Assembly: GCA_049515915.1 (NCBI GenBank)
Contig: JBEKTP010000004.1
Coordinates: 12,709-76,708 of the forward strand
Direction of reading: 5' to 3'
Source: Patescibacteria group bacterium
Lineage (GTDB): Bacteria > Patescibacteriota > UBA1384 > UBA12157 > JAENIV01
DNA: 64,000 nucleotides
Below the pieces are notes generated by a model, which was given only the letters and a program-made list of their open reading frames with translations, was not told where the DNA came from and ran no database searches. Below, piece after piece: positions 1 to 8,369 of this stretch (its first letter is position 1; each line of letters starts with the position of its first letter). Made by a program: the position numbers and the translations under genes.

Positions 1-1884
1 GTATTCAACCAAATGTTTTCGAATATCAAAGTTATGACCTTCGACTTTTTTCTGGGCCGATTCGATCGAACGCGAAATGAGCGAATGCTGGATAGGCATA
101 TCTTCGGGCAGACTCATTTTCTCCATCATGCTTTTCATCCGGTCACCACCGAAAATGCGCATTAAATCGTCATCCATCGAAACATAAAATTGAGAAGAGC
201 CTGGATCACCTTGACGACCCGAGCGGCCGCGCAGCTGATTATCGATTCGGCGAGATTCATGTCTTTCGGTGCCAATCACGTGCAGGCCGCCGGCTTGAAC
301 GACTTTTTCATACGGAGTTTTATTAAACGGCGAACCGCCCAAAATAATATCAACACCGCGGCCGGCCATGTTGGTCGCCACCGTCACATTGGCAGGTTGA
401 CCCGCTTGCTCAATAATTTTTGCTTCGCGTTCATGATGTTTAGCATTTAAAACTTGATGTTTGACGCCCGAACGCTTTAAAAGCCGCGAAAGTTTTTCCG
501 ATTTTTCGATCGAAATCGTGCCCACCAAAACGGGCTGACCGCTTTCGGATCTTTTTTTAATTTCTAAAGCGACCGCTTTAAACTTGCCGTCCTCGGATTT
601 ATAAATCATGTCGTGAGCATCTTTGCGGACCATCGGTTTGTTGGTCGGAATAACCACGACGTCAAGTTTATAAATTTTATAGAATTCCTCCGCTTCGGTT
701 TCGGCCGTGCCGGTCATCCCTGCCAGTTTTTTATAAAGTCGAAATAAATTCTGAAAAGAAATAGTCGCTAAAGTGTCGGACTCGCGCTGGACTTCGACGC
801 CTTCTTTGGCTTCAATCGCTTGGTGAAGACCTTCAGAGTAGCGGCGACCAGGCATCATGCGGCCAGTAAATTCATCAACAATAATGACTTCGCCATCTTT
901 AACGACATAGTCTTTGTCTTTTTTATAGAGTGCGTGAGCAATTAAAGCTTCTTCTAAATGATGAACCAGTTCGATCGAACGGGCGTCATAAATATTTTCG
1001 ATTCCCAACATCCCTTCGATCTTCTTCATCCCGACATCCGTTAGCGAAACGGCTCGCATTTTTTCATCAACAGTGAAGTCTTCCTCCTTTGTTAATTGCG
1101 GCACCATCATTGCAAATTGGCGATATAATGACGCTGACTCCTCGGCCGGGGCAGAAATAATCAAAGGCGTGCGCGCTTCGTCAATTAAAATTGAGTCCAC
1201 TTCATCGACAATGGCGAAATTGAGCTCCGGCCTTTGCACCATTTGTTCCAAGCTCTGGACCATATTATCGCGCAAATAATCGAAACCGAATTCATTGTTG
1301 GTGCCGTAAGTAATGTCGGCGGCGTAGGCATCTTTCCGCGTCACCGGCCAGAGATTTTTCCAGGTTGGGTCGTCGGTTTCAATGTTTTCCGGTCGATAAA
1401 CCCAAGACTTATCGTATTCAATCGCCCCGACCGTTAAACCTAAAATATGATAAATCGGCCCCATCCATTGAGCATGGAATTTCGCCAAGTAATCATTAAC
1501 TGTCACAAGATGGACACCTTTACCTTCGAGCGCATTTAAATACAATGGCAGCGTCGCGACCAAGGTTTTTCCTTCGCCGGTTTTCATTTCGGCAATTTTT
1601 CCTTGGTGAAGAACCATTCCGCCGATAAGTTGAACATCAAAATGCCGCTGGCCGATTGTTCTTTTGGCCGCTTCGCGCACTAAAGCAAACGCTTCTGGCA
1701 ATATTTCATCAAGCGTCGCACCTTTTGATAATCTTTCTTTAAATTCCGCCGTTTTTTCTTTAAGTTCTTTATCGGTCAGTTTTTGAAAATCATCTTCAAG
1801 ACCATTTATCTTTTCAATAACCGGCTTAAAACCACCAATAACTTTTTCATTCGAGTCAAAAATTTTACCTAAAAACCCCAGCAT
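1..1884 (-). CDS. secA: Preprotein translocase ATPase SecA (N-terminal ~628 aa; gene continues beyond window start)
   Basis: Manual minus-strand translation from ATG at 1884: [48 protein letters not shown]...[30 protein letters not shown]...[18 protein letters not shown]. SecA DEAD-motor motifs present. Absent from the ORF track only because no stop codon lies inside the window. Confidence 0.95.
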   Translation of the reverse strand, partial: MLGFLGKIFDSNEKVIGGFKPVIEKINGLEDDFQKLTDKELKEKTAEFKERLSKGATLDEILPEAFALVREAAKRTIGQRHFDVQLIGGMVLHQGKIAEMKTGEGKTLVATLPLYLNALEGKGVHLVTVNDYLAKFHAQWMGPIYHILGLTVGAIEYDKSWVYRPENIETDDPTWKNLWPVTRKDAYAADITYGTNNEFGFDYLRDNMVQSLEQMVQRPELNFAIVDEVDSILIDEARTPLIISAPAEESASLYRQFAMMVPQLTKEEDFTVDEKMRAVSLTDVGMKKIEGMLGIENIYDARSIELVHHLEEALIAHALYKKDKDYVVKDGEVIIVDEFTGRMMPGRRYSEGLHQAIEAKEGVEVQRESDTLATISFQNLFRLYKKLAGMTGTAETEAEEFYKIYKLDVVVIPTNKPMVRKDAHDMIYKSEDGKFKAVALEIKKRSESGQPVLVGTISIEKSEKLSRLLKRSGVKHQVLNAKHHEREAKIIEQAGQPANVTVATNMAGRGVDIILGGSPFNKTPYEKVVQAGGLHVIGTERHESRRIDNQLRGRSGRQGDPGSSQFYVSMDDDLMRIFGGDRMKSMMEKMSLPEDMPIQHSLISRSIESAQKKVEGHNFDIRKHLVEY

Positions 1885-1953
1885 TTTTAATATCCTTTTT
1901 TACCTAGCTCTAAATCATATTTTAGCACTTTTTTAGGTTAAATAGAAGAGACT

Positions 1954-2322
1954 TTAGAGTTCGTCTTCGGCTTCTTCTTCGAGTTCAGCTTCGTGATATT
2001 TTTGGGGATAACGCGTGCCGATTTTAACTTGTTCCTTATATTTTGAGATTTGAGTTTCCAAACGCTCTTCAATCAGATCAATCGAACCTTTATAATCAGA
2101 GGTTACTTCTTCAATATGAATTGGGTTTTTGATACCGGGTAAAGTCATGGTGAGAGAAACCGCTTTATCCACGCCGCCCTTTGGACCCATCAAATCGCTT
2201 AGAACTACTTCTAATATAGCCGGTTCAGAAACCAGTTTTTCAAACTTTCGGAGTCTTTCTTCAATATAACCTCTTAAATTATCGTCGACTTTAAACTGTT
2301 TGCCGGAAATAATTATTTTCAT
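1954..2322 (-). CDS. hpf: Ribosome hibernation promoting factor (HPF/RaiA/YfiA family)
   Basis: 122 aa, MKIIISGKQFKVDDNLRGYIEERLRKFEKL... typical sigma-54 modulation/ribosomal subunit interface protein. 4-nt overlap with serS and conserved hpf-secA synteny. Confidence 0.85.
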   Translation of the reverse strand: MKIIISGKQFKVDDNLRGYIEERLRKFEKLVSEPAILEVVLSDLMGPKGGVDKAVSLTMTLPGIKNPIHIEEVTSDYKGSIDLIEERLETQISKYKEQVKIGTRYPQKYHEAELEEEAEDEL

Positions 2323-3539
2323 GACTTAATTTCTTTAAAATCCAAATATTTTTGTAATGCTTCGGGCACTTTAACCGTACCATCATTTTGATAAAAATTT
2401 TCCAAAATGGCGATCAGCATTCGGCCAATCGCCACCGCTGTGCCATTGAGAGTATGAACAAATTCATTACCTTTATCCGATTTATAGCGAATATTTAAAC
2501 GCCGCGCTTGAAAATCAGTGCAGTTACTTGATGAATGGGTTTCGCGGTATTTTTCTTGGCCGGGCAGCCAAATTTCTAAATCGACGGTTTTCGCGCAGGG
2601 CAATCCTAAATCCCCGGTACAAACTTGGACAAGGCGGTAGGGGAGACCCAAACCGGAAACTATTTTTTCTTCCAAATTTACAATCAACTCGTGTTCTTTT
2701 TCAGAGTCTTCCGACTTTGAAAAACTAAACATTTCTAATTTATCAAACTGATGAGTCCGCAATATCCCCTTCACATCTTTGCCGTAACTGCCTGCTTCAC
2801 GGCGTAGACAGGTTGAAAAACCGACAAATCTTTGCGGGACATCGATAATTTCATCCGCATAATATGGCAAAATCGATTGTTCGGAAGTGCCAATCGCTAC
2901 TAAATCATCGCTACGCATATGATACGCGTCGTCATTGGTGGCTTCAAAATGGCCCGACCCCCACGCTATGTCTTCTTTAATTAAAACTGGGGTCAAAATT
3001 GGCTTAAATCCTTCCTGCTTGATGATATCCATGGCATATTTTACCAGCGCAAACTCGAGTTCGACCGCTTCATTTTTAAGATAATAAAACCGGCTACCGG
3101 AAACTTTGCCGGCGCGTTCGATATCGATAAGATCCAAAGCTTTACCGATTGTCACATGGTCTCGGCCGGATTTCAATTTGATCTCGCCAACAGTTTTTAG
3201 GACTTTATTTGCGGCGTCAGATTTTCCTTCGGGCACATCTTTAAAAGGAATATTAGGCACTTTGACCGCTTCGACTTTGAAATTTTCTTGCGTATCGACT
3301 AACTGCGGCTCGAGATCTTTAAGCATAGCTTTAATTTCTTTGGCGTGCGTCATATCGCCCTTTTCTTTTGAAACTTTATTTTGTTCGGCCCGCAAAAGTT
3401 CGATGCGGCCTTCGAGACCGCGGCGGTCTTCATCGAGCTTTAAAAGTTTCTCCCAATCGATATTGACCCCGCGTTTGGCGATAGCCGATTTAACTTCTTC
3501 CAAATTTTCCCGAATGTATTTTATGTCAAGCATATTCAC
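2319..3539 (-). CDS. serS: Seryl-tRNA synthetase (class II)
   Basis: 406 aa with N-terminal coiled-coil arm plus class-II core (FSTCLRREAGSYGKD, TLNGTAVAIGRMLIAILENF). Track start at 3539 is GTG; an ATG at 3533 preceded by AAGAGGTG is the more likely start. Confidence 0.95.
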   Translation of the reverse strand: MNMLDIKYIRENLEEVKSAIAKRGVNIDWEKLLKLDEDRRGLEGRIELLRAEQNKVSKEKGDMTHAKEIKAMLKDLEPQLVDTQENFKVEAVKVPNIPFKDVPEGKSDAANKVLKTVGEIKLKSGRDHVTIGKALDLIDIERAGKVSGSRFYYLKNEAVELEFALVKYAMDIIKQEGFKPILTPVLIKEDIAWGSGHFEATNDDAYHMRSDDLVAIGTSEQSILPYYADEIIDVPQRFVGFSTCLRREAGSYGKDVKGILRTHQFDKLEMFSFSKSEDSEKEHELIVNLEEKIVSGLGLPYRLVQVCTGDLGLPCAKTVDLEIWLPGQEKYRETHSSSNCTDFQARRLNIRYKSDKGNEFVHTLNGTAVAIGRMLIAILENFYQNDGTVKVPEALQKYLDFKEIKS

Positions 3540-3549
3540 CTCTTAAATA

Positions 3550-4576
3550 TTATATCATCTTTTTTAGTTTTTTTCTCAAGTAATATCCATTACAATGTTT
3601 TAAAAGTCCAAGATATGATGGTAAATTTTTTTTACTTCGTTTTTGCAACATTCTCTTCTTGGTCTTGGTTCGCAAAACTCGATAATGCGGCAAAATAACA
3701 TAGCCTAAAAAATCTATGCCTTGTTTTAATTTACGCACAATAATTTTTTGAGGATGCGGTCTTAACGCAAGACGGCAATCAAGAAAAAAAGAAATTCGGC
3801 CGACCAAAATCTCTAACTCAGTGCGGTTGCCGCTTAAAATTACAAAGTCATCGCAATAGCGAAGATAATATTTGATTTTTAAACGATGTTTAATAAACTG
3901 GTCAAGTTCGTTGAGATAGATATTGGCAAAAAGCTGTGAAGTTAAATTGCCAATCGGAAGCCCAGTTCCGTTGAGGTTTAACTCGCGGATTGGATTCGTC
4001 TCTCTCTCTCTCTCTCTCGAAAAGTCCCTGCTGAACATATGGTTTATTAAAGCTACCAATAATAACTTTCAATAGCCATTGTGTGTCAGGATCGGGGACT
4101 TTTCGAGCAACAATATCAAAAAGAGCTCGATGATTGACCGAGGCAAAGAACTTTTTAACATCGCATTTTAATACCCAGCACGGCTTGGTATAATTTTTGC
4201 TGACAATCCTCGTAAATTCTTCCAGCCGTTTTACCGCCTTATGCGTACCTTTTTTATTTCGACAAGAATAAGAACCGTCCACAAAACCAGGGTCAAAAAT
4301 CGGATATAATACCCGATAAATCGCGTGGTGAACAATCCTATCTTTAACACAAGCTTTGTGAATATGCCTCGATTTAGGGTCAGTGATGTAAAATGAGGTA
4401 TAATCGGAATGCCGATAAGTTTTACTTTTAAGTTCCAAGTGCAGGCCGAATAAATTATCTTCTAAATTACGCTCAAATTCTTGAACATCAATCTTGTGGC
4501 GTTTACCCTTCCTAAACTCCTTCCAAGACCAAAATAAGTTTTCTAAAGAAATAATTTTTAAAAAGAGGTTATCCAT
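3550..4576 (-). CDS. DGR reverse transcriptase, interrupted by a frameshift inside a (TC)10 dinucleotide repeat (two overlapping ORFs 3902..4576 and 3550..4059)
   Basis: N-terminal ORF: ...FYITDPKSRHIHKACVKDRIVHHAIYRVLYPIFDPGFVDGSYSCRNKKGTHKAVKRL... (RT motifs 1-2). C-terminal ORF: GLPIGNLTSQLFANIYLNELDQF...YLRYCDDFVIL (DGR-RT signature QGxxxSP-like LPIGNLTSQ and YxDD catalytic box). Both frames read ERERE across the (GA)n repeat at 3999..4018. Total ~340 aa, DGR/retron-size RT with no maturase or endonuclease domain. Confidence 0.9.
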
Positions 4577-4916
4577 GATTAATGATGTTCCAATTGTCCA
4601 AAAGGTTTACGACTTTTACCGTGAATTTTATCAGACTCTTCCAAGCATGCCAAAACAGGACCGTCATGTTTTAGGCGGCAAAATCCAGCAAGCCACACTT
4701 GATCTTTTAGAAGATTTAATCTCGGCCAGCCATCAAGGAAAACAAAATAAACTCGAATATTTATCGAAGGCGGCAACGAAACTGGATTTACTCAAGCTTC
4801 TTTTACGGCTGGCGGAAGATATAAAAGCCATATCTCCCAAAAGATATTTGGCGCTCTCGGAAATCTTGCAAGAAATCGGCAAGATGCTCGGCGGCTGGAT
4901 TAGAAGTCTCAACTAA
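4575..4916 (+). CDS. avd: DGR accessory variability determinant (Avd; four-helix-bundle / 23S-IVS protein family)
   Basis: Track ORF 4494..4916; likely start ATG 4575 (MINDVPIVQKVYDFYREFYQTLPSMPKQDRHVLGGKIQQATLDLLEDLISA...ILQEIGKMLGGWIRSLN). The pattern and C-terminal IGKMLGGWIRSLN closely parallel Bordetella phage bAvd (..VGRILGSWIARVN), quoted from memory rather than checked here. Start overlaps the RT start divergently. Confidence 0.75.
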   Translation: MINDVPIVQKVYDFYREFYQTLPSMPKQDRHVLGGKIQQATLDLLEDLISASHQGKQNKLEYLSKAATKLDLLKLLLRLAEDIKAISPKRYLALSEILQEIGKMLGGWIRSLN

Positions 4917-4956
4917 AAGCAAAAACTCCCGCCAATGACGGGAGAAATGAAGAAAG

Positions 4957-5083
4957 TTGCGGCGGAACGCCCACCGGTTGTTGCCATTCCAGACGTTGTC
5001 GGGGTGACCATTGTTGCCGTTGAGCCAACGTCCGTCCTCGTTGCGTTCGACGTTGAACACCTTGAGGTTGCCGTCGGAGTCCG
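4957..5083 (-). repeat. DGR template repeat (TR)
   Basis: 127-bp near-copy of 5506..5632. All ~23 mismatches fall where this copy has T on the + strand (A on the minus/transcribed strand). The corresponding pseudo-ORF is Asn-rich (NVERNEDGRWLNGNNGHPDNVWNGNNRWAFRRN), i.e. AAY codons. Confidence 0.9.
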
Positions 5084-5154
5084 TCAAGTGCAAAACGCCC
5101 TCCGAAGTCACTGCTCCTCGATTACTCTCAGAGCTGTATTTTATTTTGGGCCAT

Positions 5155-5355
5155 TTAACCCACTGGCGTTTTGCACCAAGTATCTTCATTTTTTAAGCAT
5201 TGCCGAATCGCTATATGCAAAGAAACTTTGCTTATAACAGGCCAATAGACCTCACTATCCCAAGCCGTAGCCGGGAATACTCCGGATTTGACAACGCCAG
5301 GATTCGGTAGCGGAAAGCCGTAACCGTCCGCATATTCACCTAATACCTTACCCAT
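5155..5355 (-). CDS. Hypothetical 66-aa protein between VR and TR (possible DGR accessory ORF)
   Basis: ORF with AAGGAA RBS 3 nt upstream of ATG; no recognisable family; ends just upstream of TR. Confidence 0.3.
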   Translation of the reverse strand: MGKVLGEYADGYGFPLPNPGVVKSGVFPATAWDSEVYWPVISKVSLHIAIRQCLKNEDTWCKTPVG

Positions 5356-5407
5356 TGTTCCTTATGAGTACTTATCTGTCAAGTCAATTTTAAAAAATTT
5401 TCGAAAA

Positions 5408-5452
5408 CCCGATTTTGAAGATACAAAATCGGGCCCCGCTCTCGCGGGGCCC
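5408..5452 (-). terminator. GC-rich hairpin (9-bp stem, 4-nt loop, 5431..5452) followed by a rho-independent terminator hairpin (5408..5433 plus T-tract), immediately downstream of the DGR target gene/VR
   Basis: +strand gggccccgc-tctc-gcggggccc and cccgatttt-gaagatac-aaaatcggg; on the minus strand the second stem is followed by TTTTCGAAAATTTTTT. Confidence 0.65.
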
Positions 5453-5501
5453 GGACAAGACCCAAGGATCCAAAAGAAACAAGGATCCAAGGTACAAAGA
5501 A

Positions 5502-6176
5502 CTACTTGCGGCGGAACGCCCACCGGTCGTCGCCATCCCAGACGCCGGCGGGGTGACCACGGTGGCCGTAGAGCCAACGACCGCCCTCGTCGCGCGCGAC
5601 GCTGAACACCCGGAGGCGGCCGCCGGAGACCGAGATAGGCTCCATACCCACCAGAATCCACTCGCCCATCGGTTGATCGGCGTACTGAAGACGCCACTGC
5701 GGCCCGACTTCCGCCGGACAGAGACCCAGCCCCATGGAGAGCGCTTTCTCGTAGATCTGGGCCCGGGTTGCGCCGTTGGGAAATCCCAACTCGGCGACCG
5801 AGACCACCACGATATCCACGTCCTCCGGCTTCGAAGCGACATTGATCCGCTTGAGAATGTCGTCGCCCCAGTCGCCGATGCGGTAACCCGCGTCAAGGAG
5901 AGCCTTCCGCAAGTCCTTGACGGACTTGTGCGTGCCCAGCTTGATGGTCGCGAACGGCCTGCGCTCCATGATGGGTTTGCGCAGTTGCTGCTCGGCAGCC
6001 AACTGGTCGAGGAGATCGTGGTGCCGCTTCTTGAACTCGGGGTGATCCATGGCATCCTGCAGATCGGCGGTATTCCGCCGTTCTCTGCCGATAGCCTCGC
6101 AGCGCCGACCGTAGTCCTTAACCGCGTCTTCTGAGACACCTTCCTGCGTCGCTTCGAGAGTAACTCGATCTTTCAT
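5502..6176 (-). CDS. DGR target (variable) protein, 224 aa, C-terminal C-type-lectin-like VR region
   Basis: C-terminus ...VFSVARDEGGRWLYGHRGHPAGVWDGDDRWAFRRK aligns with the TR-encoded NVERNEDGRWLNGNNGHPDNVWNGNNRWAFRRN, with Asn replaced by S/D/G/Y/H/R/A. No signal peptide. Locally GC-rich (>60%) against a ~40% background. Overlapping ORFs 5390..6139(-), 5415..6134(+) and 5362..5697(-) are GC-artefact frames. Confidence 0.85.
   Translation of the reverse strand: MKDRVTLEATQEGVSEDAVKDYGRRCEAIGRERRNTADLQDAMDHPEFKKRHHDLLDQLAAEQQLRKPIMERRPFATIKLGTHKSVKDLRKALLDAGYRIGDWGDDILKRINVASKPEDVDIVVVSVAELGFPNGATRAQIYEKALSMGLGLCPAEVGPQWRLQYADQPMGEWILVGMEPISVSGGRLRVFSVARDEGGRWLYGHRGHPAGVWDGDDRWAFRRK
5506..5632 (-). 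repeat. DGR variable repeat (VR), 3' end of target gene
   Basis: Aligned to TR: identical except at TR-adenine positions (T->C/G/A on + strand). Ends at the stop codon of ORF 5502..6176. The first ~21 nt (ttgcggcggaacgcccaccgg) are identical in both copies (IMH-like). Confidence 0.9.
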
Positions 6177-6351
6177 CGGTTACTTCTCCTTTACTCTGTG
6201 TTTTTTTTAACTAGGTCTACACCTGACCCGCAGTCGCTGGTCTATCCTCTAGGAGGAAGCCCAACGATCTGATGATATCTTAACGCTTCCAGGTTGGAAA
6301 CGCCATTTTAATGTGCACTCACGATAAGATTAACTCATCGTGAAGTAACCA

Positions 6352-6374
6352 GTTAGTATAGCACAATTATACCA
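6352..6374 (-). promoter_or_regulatory. Putative extended -10 promoter (TGTGCTATACT) upstream of DGR target gene
   Basis: Minus strand reads GGTATAATTGTGCTATACTAAC; the same TGTGCTATACTAAG motif recurs upstream of ftsA (17768..17790) and CTATACTAAAG upstream of secG. Confidence 0.4.
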
Positions 6375-6424
6375 AAAAATCAAGGTCTTGGCCCTGATTT
6401 TGCGGTAAGAATTTCCCTTTTAAC

Positions 6425-6727
6425 CTATTTTAATATTCCTAACTTCGCCTCAATTTTCGACAACCTTTGTTTTACTTCGATAAGTTCGTCACGTCTGACC
6501 ATTTCCGTCGCTATAAATTCCAAATGAGAAATATCTTTTCTAATTTGTTTTTGACCTTTAACCAAACTGGTATGAATGGTAGTAATGGCATCAAATTCTC
6601 TTTTTGCCATCGCCGCTAAACTACCAACCTCACCTTCAATCTTTTTTTCCAATTTTTTCTCAGTTTGGTTGGCCCTTTTATCAACGATTGTGCTAATCTG
6701 CTTTAAGTCGTCAGTAGTTAATGTCAT
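6425..6727 (-). CDS. Hypothetical coiled-coil protein (100 aa)
   Basis: Lys/Glu-rich heptad-like sequence, no family recognised; TTGACA-17-TAATAT promoter with a perfect palindrome (atattaaaaGttttaatat) at its start. Confidence 0.5.
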   Translation of the reverse strand: MTLTTDDLKQISTIVDKRANQTEKKLEKKIEGEVGSLAAMAKREFDAITTIHTSLVKGQKQIRKDISHLEFIATEMVRRDELIEVKQRLSKIEAKLGILK

Positions 6728-6765
6728 ATTATGATATTAAAAGTTTTAATATTGCTTGTCAACAT

Positions 6766-6818
6766 CCACGGCCTAAAGGCCGTGGCTTGTGGCAGACTCT
6801 TGTTCCTACTGGAACAAG
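6766..6818 (-). terminator. Two tandem 8-bp-stem hairpins downstream of lysK
   Basis: ccacggcc-taaa-ggccgtgg (6766..6785) and cttgttcc-tact-ggaacaag (6799..6818), directly after the lysK stop. Confidence 0.5.
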
Positions 6819-8369
6819 TCAAATCGCTTCTTTTAATCTTTTTATTACAAATTTCCTGTCCAAACTTGCCAAAAGCCAGCCGGCTTGCGGGCCGGAATCT
6901 TTGCCGATAAATACTTTATATATGGCTGAAAAAGCATCACGCGGCGAAATTCCCAATTCATTTTTAATAGTATGAATTTCTTTATGCAAATCTTCGCCGG
7001 TCCAAGAATCTTTTGATTTGATAGCATTCGCGACTTTAGAGAGAAATTCTTTCTGTGCGTCCGATAATTCTACTTCGGGCAATTTCTCCGCAATCGTAAA
7101 TTTGTAATTTTCCGGCGCGTAATCCTTCAACCATTTTTGGGCAATTTCGATTCGGCTTTCGATTTCCTTTTTTTCGATATATGATAATACGGCACCCTTT
7201 TCTTTTTGGGCATAATCAAAAATATCGGACCTTGGCATTTGGAGCATATAAGCGATTTTGGAAAAACGCAATAAATATTCCGGCTGTTTACTTGAAGATT
7301 CGATTTCGCTAAAGTAAAACGCCCGGCCAGTATCTGACTTTGGATCTTTTTGATAATCTTTGGCGCAACGATCATATTCGTCGTAGAGCAAAGGAATTGT
7401 ATCTCCGCTTGCGTCGAACTCGATTGCTCTTTTTGCTCGTGTACGAACCATCAAAAATCTTAAAAGATTAGGTGGTAAAATAGCGGCCATCTCTTCGGTC
7501 GAAGCACCCACACCTTTCGAGGTACTCATCTTTTTGCCGCCAACAAGAAGCCATTCATAACCGTAGCCATAAGCGGGTTTAATTTTAAAAATTTCCTCGG
7601 CAATGGCGCGCGCAATATAGAATGTTCCACCTTTAGTATAATGATCTTTGCCAGCCAATTCGACCGACGTGCCAAACTTAAACCATTTCGCCGCCGTTTC
7701 AACTTTATACGGCATTTTACCATTGCCATCAAAGGGGCTGATTTTACCTTCATAACCGCAACCTTTAGCCCACTCGACAAGATTTTCTTCACACCTAAAA
7801 GTCACTTCCTTTCCATCCCAAGCGGTAACCTTAGTTGTACCAATTCTGCCACATTTAGGACAGACGACTTGAAATGGATACCAATCATTCGGTTTTCCGC
7901 CGCCGGAAACTTTCTTGTAAATCTCGCGAATTTTGGGAGCATTATTGAGAATAATTTCGATTGATTTATTATAAGCGCCGGATTTATAAAGCTCTGATGC
8001 CCAAATTATTTTTGCCTGAACACCCAGTGTTTGGAAAACTTTTATGAAACTATCGGCAAAAAAATGAGCAAAATTTTTGTGACCTGATCCGGGAGACGGG
8101 ATATTGCAGAGCGGGACTCCCATATATTTAACATAAGTATTTTTAAATTCTGACGAGAGAGCGTCAACCGGATCAAAATCATCGAAGCCGTAATGAAATT
8201 CACTTTCTTGATTGGATTCCTTCAGCCCTCGATCAATAACATCGTGAATAATAACACCTCGCAGAGCTCCGACATGAATTCGGCCCGAAGGCGTTTTATA
8301 ATCGGTAATTAAATATTTTTTGTCGTCCCGCTTGATAATTTCTTGAACTGTTTCATCAACCCAAAACAT
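6819..8369 (-). CDS. lysK: Lysyl-tRNA synthetase, class I (archaeal-type LysK)
   Basis: 516 aa; HVGALRG (HIGH-like), KMSTSKG (KMSKS), and a CPKCGR...C zinc knuckle, as in class-I LysRS. Confidence 0.85.
   Translation of the reverse strand: MFWVDETVQEIIKRDDKKYLITDYKTPSGRIHVGALRGVIIHDVIDRGLKESNQESEFHYGFDDFDPVDALSSEFKNTYVKYMGVPLCNIPSPGSGHKNFAHFFADSFIKVFQTLGVQAKIIWASELYKSGAYNKSIEIILNNAPKIREIYKKVSGGGKPNDWYPFQVVCPKCGRIGTTKVTAWDGKEVTFRCEENLVEWAKGCGYEGKISPFDGNGKMPYKVETAAKWFKFGTSVELAGKDHYTKGGTFYIARAIAEEIFKIKPAYGYGYEWLLVGGKKMSTSKGVGASTEEMAAILPPNLLRFLMVRTRAKRAIEFDASGDTIPLLYDEYDRCAKDYQKDPKSDTGRAFYFSEIESSSKQPEYLLRFSKIAYMLQMPRSDIFDYAQKEKGAVLSYIEKKEIESRIEIAQKWLKDYAPENYKFTIAEKLPEVELSDAQKEFLSKVANAIKSKDSWTGEDLHKEIHTIKNELGISPRDAFSAIYKVFIGKDSGPQAGWLLASLDRKFVIKRLKEAI

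Larger units (their letters stand above)
3550..6176 (-). mobile_element. Diversity-generating retroelement cassette (RT - avd(divergent) - TR - small ORF - VR/target)
   Basis: Co-occurrence of DGR-type RT, Avd, and an adenine-specific TR/VR pair at a gene 3' end. Confidence 0.9.

Noticed and set aside
4579-4776. ORF 4579..4776(-) antisense to avd
   Set aside because: It lies fully inside the well-supported avd gene on the opposite strand and has no recognisable features.
4803-5237. ORFs 4803..5189(-), 4935..5237(+) and 5011..5196(+) over the template repeat
   Set aside because: They overlap the TR, which functions as an RNA template. The minus-strand frame is just the unmutated image of the target C-terminus (Asn-rich) with no plausible start context.
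5362-6139. Long overlapping ORFs 5390..6139(-), 5415..6134(+) and 5362..5697(-) in the DGR target region
   Set aside because: They are alternative frames opened by the local high GC (few AT-rich stop codons). Only frame 5502..6176(-) ends at the VR and matches the TR-encoded peptide.
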